From IMG/VR virus record IMGVR_UViG_3300046779_000101, positions 1 to 34,730 of that record: 34,730 nt of DNA; one strand, 5' to 3'. Source of the DNA: a virus (lineage: Duplodnaviria > Caudoviricetes). A model generated the notes under the pieces. It saw nothing but the letters and a program-made list of their open reading frames with translations, was not told the origin of the DNA and did not search any database. The first letter of the stretch is position 1. The number at the start of each line of letters is the position of its first letter. Positions 1 to 6,775 of this stretch are shown one piece after another. A program made the translations under genes and the position numbers.

Positions 1-3
1 CTT

Positions 4-117
4 TCAAAGACCGCAAGGGTTATCTGAACGCTGACGGCATTTTTGTAAAGGAAAAATGATGTTCCCGCTTATTGGATTTCTCTGCGTTGTTGCGTGGTTG
101 ACACACATCTTTACCTG
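4..117. repeat. 114-bp direct terminal repeat, copy 1 (circular assembly overlap)
   Basis: 4-117 is identical to 34617-34730; bases 1-3 (ctt) differ from the expected aga. Confidence 0.95.
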
Positions 118-208
118 CTTTGGTGGCGGTTTGTGGGGCTTCTTGCTGGCTGGCGCTATCTTTTTTCCAATCGGTATCCTTCACGGGTTTTACCTTTGGT
201 TTAATTGA
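56..208 (+). CDS. small membrane protein, 50 aa (MMFPLIGFLCVVAWLTHIFTCF...GFYLWFN)
   Basis: Hand-translated, below ORF-track cutoff; AAGGA RBS; ATGA overlap with MazG stop; two hydrophobic segments. Confidence 0.7.
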   Translation: MMFPLIGFLCVVAWLTHIFTCFGGGLWGFLLAGAIFFPIGILHGFYLWFN

Positions 209-216
209 TATAGAAT
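189..216 (+). promoter_or_regulatory. putative sigma70 promoter TTTACC-N16-TAGAAT
   Basis: TAGAAT at 211-216 lies just upstream of the structured RNA starting at ~222. Confidence 0.4.
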
Positions 217-221
217 AATTT

Positions 222-287
222 GAAACACGGCTAGGTCGGACTAATTACCCGACTGAAAAGCGACCCACCCCGCCTGCCGCTTGTTTC
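222..287 (+). ncRNA. c4-antisense-like three-way-junction RNA upstream of the replication gene
   Basis: Outer stem gaaaca/tgtttc and cggc-tagg/cctgccg; hairpins gtcgg/ccgac and gcg/cgc; loop ccaccc is complementary to gggtgg at 294-299. Confidence 0.55.
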
Positions 288-315
288 TTCTCAGGGTGGA
301 TTTATAGGGTGCGAC

Positions 316-1017
316 ATGAAGATCAAAAATTGGTCAAAGTTCCAACATTTCAAAGACCGTAAACCGCCTTGGGTCAAGCTGTATCGAGATGTTCTTGATG
401 ACCTTGAGTGGCACGAATTAGACCCCCTTGCAAGCAAAGTGCTAGTCATGTGCTGGCTTATCGCTAGCGAAGATGAAGGCCGTCTCCCAAACACAAAAAC
501 CCTTGCATTTCGTCTAAGAATGACAGAAAAGCAAACTTTGGAATCAATTAACAGGTTGTCTCATTGGCTGGAACAAGATGATATCGACTTGATATCAGAG
601 CAATATCAAACTGATAGTCTAGAGACAGAGAGAGAGACAGAGAAAGAGAAGAGACAGAACACGCAGCGCGGGTCGCGCTTGCCAACCGATTGGGTTTTGC
701 CAACTACTTGGGAAGATTGGGCTAAGAAAGAAAGGCCTGATCTAAACATTGAGAAAACAGCTTGTTATTTTTATGACTATTGGATTGCCAAGCCTGGTGC
801 TGGCGGCGTAAAACTGAACTGGGAAGCAACTTGGCGCAATTGGGTGAGAAGCCAAAAACAATCCTACAAACCGCAGGATGTTGTTCACCTGACAACCCCA
901 ACCCCTGCCAACCATGACGCTGCCCTGCGAAAGATTGAAGAAGATCGCAAGAAGGCAGTACCTATTCCGCCAGAAATCAAAGCAAAGATGGAAGCCCTAA
1001 AACGAGGGGCTGTGTGA
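316..1017 (+). CDS. phage replication initiator (replisome organiser-like N-terminus, helicase-loader-type C-terminus)
   Basis: IKNWSKFQHFKDRKPPWVKLY N-terminus, ETERETEKEK linker, FYDYW...NWEATWRNWVR C-terminal motif; lambda O-like position. Confidence 0.75.
   Translation: MKIKNWSKFQHFKDRKPPWVKLYRDVLDDLEWHELDPLASKVLVMCWLIASEDEGRLPNTKTLAFRLRMTEKQTLESINRLSHWLEQDDIDLISEQYQTDSLETERETEKEKRQNTQRGSRLPTDWVLPTTWEDWAKKERPDLNIEKTACYFYDYWIAKPGAGGVKLNWEATWRNWVRSQKQSYKPQDVVHLTTPTPANHDAALRKIEEDRKKAVPIPPEIKAKMEALKRGAV
579..660. other. putative replication origin: four 11-bp iterons plus purine-rich tract inside the initiator gene
   Basis: tgatatcgact/tgatatcagag/caatatcaaac/tgatagtctag at 579-622, followed by a GA-rich tract. 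Confidence 0.5.
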
Positions 1018-1020
1018 TGA

Positions 1021-1239
1021 ATGAACTCGAAAAAGCGTGGAATATCGGAACTGGAACACCTGAAGAACTGCGAAGCCGAGGAATGGACTCGGAGATTCAA
1101 AGAGAAGGCATCGACTCTTGGCTACAACAAAGCGTTTGCATGGTGGCAGGGTGTGTTAAGGGACTTGGAACGAATCAGAGGCGAATCCGCTACTTTGGAT
1201 TTGAGGCAACGCATGAACAAACTGAAGGATAAAAAATGA
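1021..1239 (+). CDS. hypothetical protein
   Basis: 72 aa ORF; its stop overlaps the next ATG (ATGA coupling). Confidence 0.65.
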   Translation: MNSKKRGISELEHLKNCEAEEWTRRFKEKASTLGYNKAFAWWQGVLRDLERIRGESATLDLRQRMNKLKDKK

Positions 1240-1568
1240 ACTGGCAAGACGAACAAAAGAAGGTGGCTACTGGTGTAACTGGTGGTCAAGAGCCTGTGTC
1301 GTGGCGTAACGCTGCAATTCGCGTTGGTGAGGATTTATGTTCAGTTGGGCCGTTTGGTTATTACGACATGACAGCAGAGCAATGGCTAAATTGGGCGCTT
1401 GGTGTTGTGACAGTTCACCTTCCACAACCAAAGCGTGAATGGGTTGGGCTGACATCTGCTGACTTTGACAAATTAGAACAGTTGTTTGGCAACAAAGTCT
1501 CAAACGATTTTGTCTTTGCTGACATTGTTTGCGTTATCTCAGCCAAGCTCAAGGAAAAGAACACATGA
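1236..1568 (+). CDS. hypothetical protein (REWVGLT-type phage family)
   Basis: ATGA overlaps at both ends; PKREWVGLT...KLKEKNT motif common in proteobacterial phages. Confidence 0.7.
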   Translation: MNWQDEQKKVATGVTGGQEPVSWRNAAIRVGEDLCSVGPFGYYDMTAEQWLNWALGVVTVHLPQPKREWVGLTSADFDKLEQLFGNKVSNDFVFADIVCVISAKLKEKNT

Positions 1569-1687
1569 AATTCATAGCCCGAATATGCGCCATCTGCAAA
1601 AAGCCAAAATCAGCCCTTGGTGGAAAGATCATCAAGCGTAACGGTATGCGTCAATGGATATGCAAAGCCTGCGTGGAAGAACAATGA
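1565..1687 (+). CDS. small zinc-ribbon protein, 40 aa
   Basis: Hand-translated MKFIARICAICKKPK...WICKACVEEQ; two CxxC motifs; ATGA coupled on both sides. Confidence 0.65.
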   Translation: MKFIARICAICKKPKSALGGKIIKRNGMRQWICKACVEEQ

Positions 1688-2112
1688 CATTCATGCTCAC
1701 ATTCACCGTAGAAGGCGACCCACACGGCAAAGGCCGCCCCCGCTTTCGGTCAACTGGAAAGTTTGTCCAGACCTACACCGATTCCAAGACGAAATCGTAT
1801 GAGGAAAAAGTCAGAGATGCTGCCAAACAAGCGATGGGAAGTGCCGAACCCTTAGAAACGCCTGTAAGCGTCTTTTGCTACATCAGGCTACCTGTGCCTA
1901 AGTCATACTCTAAAACCCGCAGGGAAGCCTGTTTAAGTGGCTCTGAGCGCCCTTCTAAGAAGCCAGACACCGACAACGTGTTCAAAAGCGTATCGGATGC
2001 AATGAACGGGATTGTTTACCAAGATGATTGTCAGATTGTGTCAATCAACGCCAAAAAGGTCTATTCGGCTGTGGCGGGGGTTGATGTGATGGTCAGAGAG
2101 GAGATTGAGTGA
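1684..2112 (+). CDS. rusA: RusA-family Holliday junction resolvase
   Basis: GKGRPRF, KKPDTDNVFKSVSDAMNGIVYQDDCQI catalytic Asp motifs; start moved to ATG 1684. Confidence 0.9.
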   Translation: MTFMLTFTVEGDPHGKGRPRFRSTGKFVQTYTDSKTKSYEEKVRDAAKQAMGSAEPLETPVSVFCYIRLPVPKSYSKTRREACLSGSERPSKKPDTDNVFKSVSDAMNGIVYQDDCQIVSINAKKVYSAVAGVDVMVREEIE

Positions 2113-2306
2113 AGCCTACAGGAACAGAAGCAAAGGTCTGTGAGGACATAGCCCAAAGGCAGGCGCTTGGAATCAAGAAGTATGGGGTAACCGTTGAAGA
2201 AAATCAGCTTTCTTTGTTGGAGTGGTTACAACACGCTTACGAGGAATGTTTAGACCAAGCGGTTTATTTAAAACGAGCAATTGACGAAATTAAGGAAATT
2301 AGATGA
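2109..2306 (+). CDS. hypothetical protein, possible all-alpha NTP pyrophosphohydrolase-like
   Basis: GIKKYG...WLQHAYEECLDQAVYL acidic helical motif. Confidence 0.55.
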   Translation: MKPTGTEAKVCEDIAQRQALGIKKYGVTVEENQLSLLEWLQHAYEECLDQAVYLKRAIDEIKEIR

Positions 2307-2638
2307 ACGAAGCACCACACTCAGCCGTTGATTTCATTATCAAGAATGCGCCCAAATACGGCAAAGCCAAGGGCAACAGGGTACAGATCGAGGAATTCAG
2401 AAAGTCAAAAAAGGCGCTTTTAATGAAAGATGCCTTGACCAGAGGCTTTGAGGCCGCAAACGCCCAAGAGCGAGAGGCTTACGCTGACCCTGAATATGTT
2501 CAACTGATTTCAGGATTGGCGGCGGCTGTTGAGGAAGAAGAAACCCTGAAATGGCAGATGGAAGCCGCAAAGATGCGCGTGGACATCTGGAGAACCGAAC
2601 AAGCTAACAACCGAACAATAGACAAGGCGGCGACATGA
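2303..2638 (+). CDS. coiled-coil protein, possibly UvsY-like recombination mediator
   Basis: AQEREAYADPEY...IWRTEQAN pattern; helical; coupled stops/starts. Confidence 0.5.
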   Translation: MNEAPHSAVDFIIKNAPKYGKAKGNRVQIEEFRKSKKALLMKDALTRGFEAANAQEREAYADPEYVQLISGLAAAVEEEETLKWQMEAAKMRVDIWRTEQANNRTIDKAAT

Positions 2639-3291
2639 CACAAGATGAAATTATTGATGCAAGTCAACATATTAATCATATGAAAATAGATGTTGAAAAC
2701 TACAACAAAGTTTTTGGTAGGTTTTTGCAAATTGATGGTTCTGGCTTGGTCACAGGTGCAATTTATTTGGGAAACAATTATGCAAAATCCAACGAATATT
2801 ATGGCGGTTATCAAGGAAATTACTTAAAAAGAATCAAAGCATTGTTTCCTAATGCTAAAGACATTTTGCATTTATATGCTGGTCAAGTTAATGACGCAGA
2901 TTTGCGTGGCGACAAAATAGATATGAACCCGCAAACAAAAGATACAAAATATGGCGATGCTCGCGAGTTATCTAAATACATAGATAAACAATATGACCTA
3001 ATAGTTGCAGACCCACCTTATGGCGAAGAAAGATTGAAAGAATATCAAAAACGATATGGTTGTAAGGCCGAATCCTTAAATGTTAAAAAAGTTTTTAGAG
3101 AAATGCACAAAGCAACTAAAAATGGCGGTTTTGTTGTTTGGCTTGATTGGCAACGACCTTTTTATAGAGGTATAGAGTGGAAAGAGGCTGGCGCGATCCT
3201 TTATCGAGGAAGTACGGGTCACAAGGATAGATCAATATCCATTTATAAAAAAGTTACTTCAATACCAACTGAAACAAATGGTGAAGCATGA
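2635..3291 (+). CDS. amino-methyltransferase (N6-A/N4-C type)
   Basis: LHLYAG SAM-binding-like motif and IVADPPY catalytic motif; visibly AT-richer than neighbours; alternative start ATG 2680. Confidence 0.7.
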   Translation: MTQDEIIDASQHINHMKIDVENYNKVFGRFLQIDGSGLVTGAIYLGNNYAKSNEYYGGYQGNYLKRIKALFPNAKDILHLYAGQVNDADLRGDKIDMNPQTKDTKYGDARELSKYIDKQYDLIVADPPYGEERLKEYQKRYGCKAESLNVKKVFREMHKATKNGGFVVWLDWQRPFYRGIEWKEAGAILYRGSTGHKDRSISIYKKVTSIPTETNGEA

Positions 3292-3746
3292 GAAAGAAGT
3301 GCAACCGAAAGGTCTGGTCAACCCAAATCAACCCAATTGCTCATGCAATGGCTGGCGCGGCCATAACTGATGAATCCAGCCTAAACAAGTTGAGACTTGG
3401 CGAACTATCCGCTTTAGAAGCCATGAGAATGGGCAAAGGAACGCTAGAAGATTGGCGGCTTTTGGTGGATATGCTGAATATCACCCAAACCTTTATCCGC
3501 TACGGGATTGGGCCAGAGGCAAGAGAGGATTGCAACAAAGCCCAAGACAGCCTCTATAACGCTGCCAAACGCTACGAAAAGACCAAGCGAATGGGATTAG
3601 ATGGACAAGGAATAACAGCCCTTCAAAATGTCCATGAGTGGCATGACCTTCAAAGGACTAGTGTCGCCAGGTCAGTCTATGAGGACATGATTGAAAAGAC
3701 TAGAAACTACATCAAATCTAAGGGTAAGGAAGTGGTGGAAATATGA
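3288..3746 (+). CDS. hypothetical protein
   Basis: 152 aa, ATGA coupled on both sides. Confidence 0.75.
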   Translation: MRKKCNRKVWSTQINPIAHAMAGAAITDESSLNKLRLGELSALEAMRMGKGTLEDWRLLVDMLNITQTFIRYGIGPEAREDCNKAQDSLYNAAKRYEKTKRMGLDGQGITALQNVHEWHDLQRTSVARSVYEDMIEKTRNYIKSKGKEVVEI

Positions 3747-4075
3747 AAGTATGGAAATCTTTTTATTTTGAGGCATCACACACTTTGCCTGACAACCCTC
3801 AGATTCATGGACACAGCTATTTGGTTAGGTTGTGGTTTGAAAGTTCACCAGAAACCCCTGTTGAGTTGAATCAGATTGAAAAACTTGAATGGCAATTGCA
3901 TCGGTGTGTAGATCACAAACATCTAAATGACATGATGAAAAGCCCAACAATGGAACAAATTTCGGCTTATTTGCTCAAACAAGGCCATACTTTGATTCAA
4001 ATGCAAAACATTCGGGTTAATTTGTTAAGCGTGGATGTTGAGCGCCCATCCCTTAATTTTGGAGTGCAAGCATGA
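3743..4075 (+). CDS. queD: QueD/PTPS-like T-fold protein, divergent (no catalytic Cys)
   Basis: FYFEASHTL, HGHSY, VDHKHLND, PTMEQI match QueD motifs; the Cys of CxxxHGH is absent. Confidence 0.8.
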   Translation: MKVWKSFYFEASHTLPDNPQIHGHSYLVRLWFESSPETPVELNQIEKLEWQLHRCVDHKHLNDMMKSPTMEQISAYLLKQGHTLIQMQNIRVNLLSVDVERPSLNFGVQA

Positions 4076-4809
4076 TTCACTACCACGGAATGCCCATAAC
4101 CCCCGCCACCGCCGCTGCCAAAGCGGTTGAAGCAGGTCATGCGTTTGTGTCGTTTGCTCATCCCGATCAACTTTCTATTGCAATTGAAATGTGTCAGTCC
4201 TTTGCGATTGATAACGGCGCGTTTTCGGCGTGGAAAAGCGGGAATCCAATAAAAGATTGGGATGCCTTCTACGATTGGGCGCTAAACCTTAAAAAAGTCC
4301 CTTCCTGCGACTTTGCGGTAATTCCCGATGTGATTGATGGAACAGAAGCCGACAACGATGCCCTTTTGAGAGATTGCCCACTTCCTGAGTGGTTTGGCGC
4401 ACCTGTCTGGCATTTACACGAAAGCCTAGAAAGACTAGAACAACTAGCAAACACTTATGTTAGGGTCTGTCTTGGTAGTTCTGGCGAGTTTTCCACAGTC
4501 GGCACAAACAAATGGTGGTCTAGGATTGGTCAGGCGATGCGGGTTATCTGTGATGACATGGGCAGACCCTGTTGCAAACTTCATGGCTTGCGGATGTTAG
4601 ACCCTGCGGTGTTTTCCAAACTGCCATTTTCGTCAGCTGACAGCACAAACATTGGAAGAAATGTTGGGATAGACAATAACTGGAAGTCAGGAAACTACCC
4701 ACCACCAACAAAAGAAATGAGAGCGCAGGTTATGCGTTCACGAATTGAAGCGCATAACGCCCCTGCGGTTTGGGGATTTCATCAAGTTGAGCAAGGGGAA
4801 ATGTTTTGA
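4072..4809 (+). CDS. dpdA: TGT-fold (DpdA-like) guanine transglycosylase, putative DNA base-exchange enzyme
   Basis: DNGAFS, IPDVI, PVWH, KLHGL, SSADSTN appear in the order of TGT/DpdA catalytic motifs; ATGA coupled to the QueD-like gene. Confidence 0.7.
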   Translation: MIHYHGMPITPATAAAKAVEAGHAFVSFAHPDQLSIAIEMCQSFAIDNGAFSAWKSGNPIKDWDAFYDWALNLKKVPSCDFAVIPDVIDGTEADNDALLRDCPLPEWFGAPVWHLHESLERLEQLANTYVRVCLGSSGEFSTVGTNKWWSRIGQAMRVICDDMGRPCCKLHGLRMLDPAVFSKLPFSSADSTNIGRNVGIDNNWKSGNYPPPTKEMRAQVMRSRIEAHNAPAVWGFHQVEQGEMF

Positions 4810-5120
4810 TTCCCAAATTTCCTTACTTTCGGTCAAAGAAACATCTAAAGAATGTGGCCAGCCTACCGTGTCAGGTCTGTGGGCTAGAGGGAAGCACCCA
4901 AGCTGCCCATTCAAATCAAGCCAAACACGGGAAGGGAAGGGGAATCAAGGCAAGTGACGAATACACCGCAGCCCTCTGTTTTAGGCATCATTTCCTGATA
5001 GACCAAGGAAACAGCCTAACCAAAGAGGAACGGGTGGAAATGTGGGAAAAAGCCCACCAAAAGACCATTAGCGCCCTGATCGAGCAGCATTTATGGCCGA
5101 CAGAACTTCAACCCCGATGA
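4806..5120 (+). CDS. DUF968/DUF1364-like Zn-binding HNH-type protein (nin-region nuclease)
   Basis: LPCQVCG...AAHSN...KGRGIKASD...LCFRHH; TTG start overlaps previous stop. Confidence 0.7.
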   Translation: MIPKFPYFRSKKHLKNVASLPCQVCGLEGSTQAAHSNQAKHGKGRGIKASDEYTAALCFRHHFLIDQGNSLTKEERVEMWEKAHQKTISALIEQHLWPTELQPR

Positions 5121-5275
5121 GCCTTGTCCAGACCCTGAGATTCGTGCTTTTTGAGTTCTTTTTCGACCTTTTCGATACGGCGCATTTCTTCTTTATGTTC
5201 ACGCACAGACTCATAATGACCCGTGGGGGTGGGGCGATGGTTCTTCTTTTCGGTGATTTTGAAGTTGGTGGCCAT
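5108..5275 (-). CDS. small charged hypothetical protein, 55 aa (MATNFKITEKK...KAHRG)
   Basis: Hand-translated; AGGAG RBS on the minus strand (ctcct 5284-5288). Confidence 0.65.
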   Translation of the reverse strand: MATNFKITEKKNHRPTPTGHYESVREHKEEMRRIEKVEKELKKHESQGLDKAHRG

Positions 5276-5296
5276 GAAAAAAACTCCTATAATGTG

Positions 5297-5326
5297 TTGA
5301 CTATTATGCCTTTAAGGGCGTAAAGT
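5297..5326 (+). promoter_or_regulatory. putative late-operon promoter TTGACT-N18-TAAAGT
   Basis: Near-consensus hexamers in the intergenic gap ahead of the late genes. Confidence 0.45.
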
Positions 5327-5354
5327 TACCAAACAACTTCCTTAAGGAACAATC

Positions 5355-5570
5355 ATGGGCAAAATGGATTCAAGCAAGGGCATCCCAAGCGTGACTGGTG
5401 CAACAGCACCTAAGGGCGCAACTTCTTCTGACCGTACTGGCGAACGCATGGAAAAAATGCGTGGTGGCGTGGCTATGGGCATGGAAGATAAGATTGGTGC
5501 TGACAAGCAATTCAATACTGGCAAAACCTCTGGTATTTGCTACGTAAAAGAAAAAGCAGCTTACCGCTAA
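5355..5570 (+). CDS. hypothetical protein (first late gene)
   Basis: AAGGA RBS; 71 aa. Confidence 0.75.
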   Translation: MGKMDSSKGIPSVTGATAPKGATSSDRTGERMEKMRGGVAMGMEDKIGADKQFNTGKTSGICYVKEKAAYR

Positions 5571-5639
5571 AAAGCGAAGCCCAAGCAGCCGTGAAGGGAC
5601 TGCAAGGGCCTCTAAACAAGGCAAATAAGGAGATTCGCC

Positions 5640-5867
5640 GTGTCTGTTAAACATTGTAAGGCTTGCGACCATTTCGTTGATAGTGGGCAAGCCATTGGTA
5701 CTTGTAGACGGTATCCGCTCTATCAGACAAGATCGCCGCATGAATGGTGCGGTGAATTCACGCCTATACCGTATGCCGAACCAGTACCTGAGATGCTGGC
5801 GTTGCCTGTTCGTGAGATGGAAGAAAAGCCAAAACGCAAATACACCAAGAAGGTGAAGAATGATTAA
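5640..5867 (+). CDS. small Cys-rich hypothetical protein
   Basis: AAGGAG RBS, GTG start; CKAC...CRRYP...WCGEF motif. Confidence 0.7.
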   Translation: MSVKHCKACDHFVDSGQAIGTCRRYPLYQTRSPHEWCGEFTPIPYAEPVPEMLALPVREMEEKPKRKYTKKVKND

Positions 5868-6144
5868 GCCATTACGCGACAAGATCATTGTGAAGCCTGA
5901 ACAGCGGTTTGTGTCTGAATTGCTGGATTTAACCCAAGTCCAAGGCGTTGACACCAAGGGAATCGTGGTGGCCGCAGGGCCAGAGGCGTTAGATCAAGGA
6001 TTAAATATCGGTGACAAGGTTCATTTTGGGACTGTGGCCGCCGATGTGAATGACGAATACCTGAAGTTTGAGCCGCTGATGTTGGATGGTGCTAGACACC
6101 TGAAAATGTCATGGCAGGATGTTTGTTTTGTGGAGGAACTATGA
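5860..6144 (+). CDS. groES: GroES/Cpn10 co-chaperonin
   Basis: MIKPLRDKIIVKP, GIVVAAGP, IGDKVHF motifs. Confidence 0.85.
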   Translation: MIKPLRDKIIVKPEQRFVSELLDLTQVQGVDTKGIVVAAGPEALDQGLNIGDKVHFGTVAADVNDEYLKFEPLMLDGARHLKMSWQDVCFVEEL

Positions 6145-6302
6145 CTAAAGACCAAATCCAAGCCCGTATTGACGAACTGATGAAGATCGGCAAACAAGTA
6201 GAAACACAGATTCACGCCATCAATGGTGCGCTTCAAGAATGCAACTACTGGTTAGAGCAGATCAAACAGGGCGCAGAACCTGACACCAACAATGAAGGTT
6301 GA
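6141..6302 (+). CDS. small coiled-coil hypothetical protein
   Basis: GGAGG RBS before ATG 6141; ATGA overlap with groES. Confidence 0.7.
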   Translation: MTKDQIQARIDELMKIGKQVETQIHAINGALQECNYWLEQIKQGAEPDTNNEG

Positions 6303-6489
6303 GAACATTTATACCTTGGTGATGTGGTACGAAGCCGCCAAGAAACAATTGGAGTGGTTGCGTAAAAGCGACAATCGAGCTTTAATTGAGGCGTACAAGG
6401 AAATCGTGGCTTCATACGAGGCCAGATTTCGCGACCTGAACGAAGATATAGACGTTATGGCTTACTTTGGGGAACAAAATGGCAGTTAA
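6292..6489 (+). CDS. hypothetical protein
   Basis: 65 aa ORF filling the operon gap. Confidence 0.6.
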   Translation: MKVENIYTLVMWYEAAKKQLEWLRKSDNRALIEAYKEIVASYEARFRDLNEDIDVMAYFGEQNGS

Positions 6490-6751
6490 AAACAAGCCTA
6501 TTGAGCACAAAACCACGGGTAAAGGTAAAACCTACAACCCAACAGAAAAAGGCGCAGGAATGACCGCCAAGGGTCGTGCTGAATACAACGCCAAGAACAA
6601 CGCCAATCTAAAGCCACCTGCCCCAAATCCAAAGACAAAGGCAGACGCAGGCCGAAAGGCTTCTTTCTGTGCAAGGATGGAAGGCGTAGTAAAGAACGCC
6701 AAAGGCCCTGCTGAGAGAGCAAAAGCATCATTAAAGAACTGGAATTGCTAA
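6479..6751 (+). CDS. basic phage protein with RKASFCARM motif (DUF6321-like)
   Basis: GMTAKGRAEYN...RKASFCARM...WNC; start moved to ATG 6479. Confidence 0.7.
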   Translation: MAVKNKPIEHKTTGKGKTYNPTEKGAGMTAKGRAEYNAKNNANLKPPAPNPKTKADAGRKASFCARMEGVVKNAKGPAERAKASLKNWNC

Positions 6752-6775
6752 AATCGGACAAAACCGAGGATTCCT

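Noticed and set aside
621-660. GA-rich microsatellite-like tract as a standalone repeat or CRISPR
   Set aside because: Encodes the ETERETEKEK linker and is treated as part of the putative origin; no repeat-spacer array seen anywhere
1014-1232. Alternative-frame 72-aa ORF
   Set aside because: The 1021-1239 frame is preferred for its protein-like sequence and coupling to the next gene, though 1014 also overlaps the upstream stop, so this is not certain
5093-5323. Plus-strand Phe-rich 76-aa ORF
   Set aside because: Antisense shadow of the Lys/Glu-rich minus-strand gene 5108-5275, which has a good RBS
5370-5957. 195-aa minus-strand ORF and other long antisense ORFs over portal, coat and fibres
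   Set aside because: Shadows of well-supported plus-strand genes; no RBS or motifs
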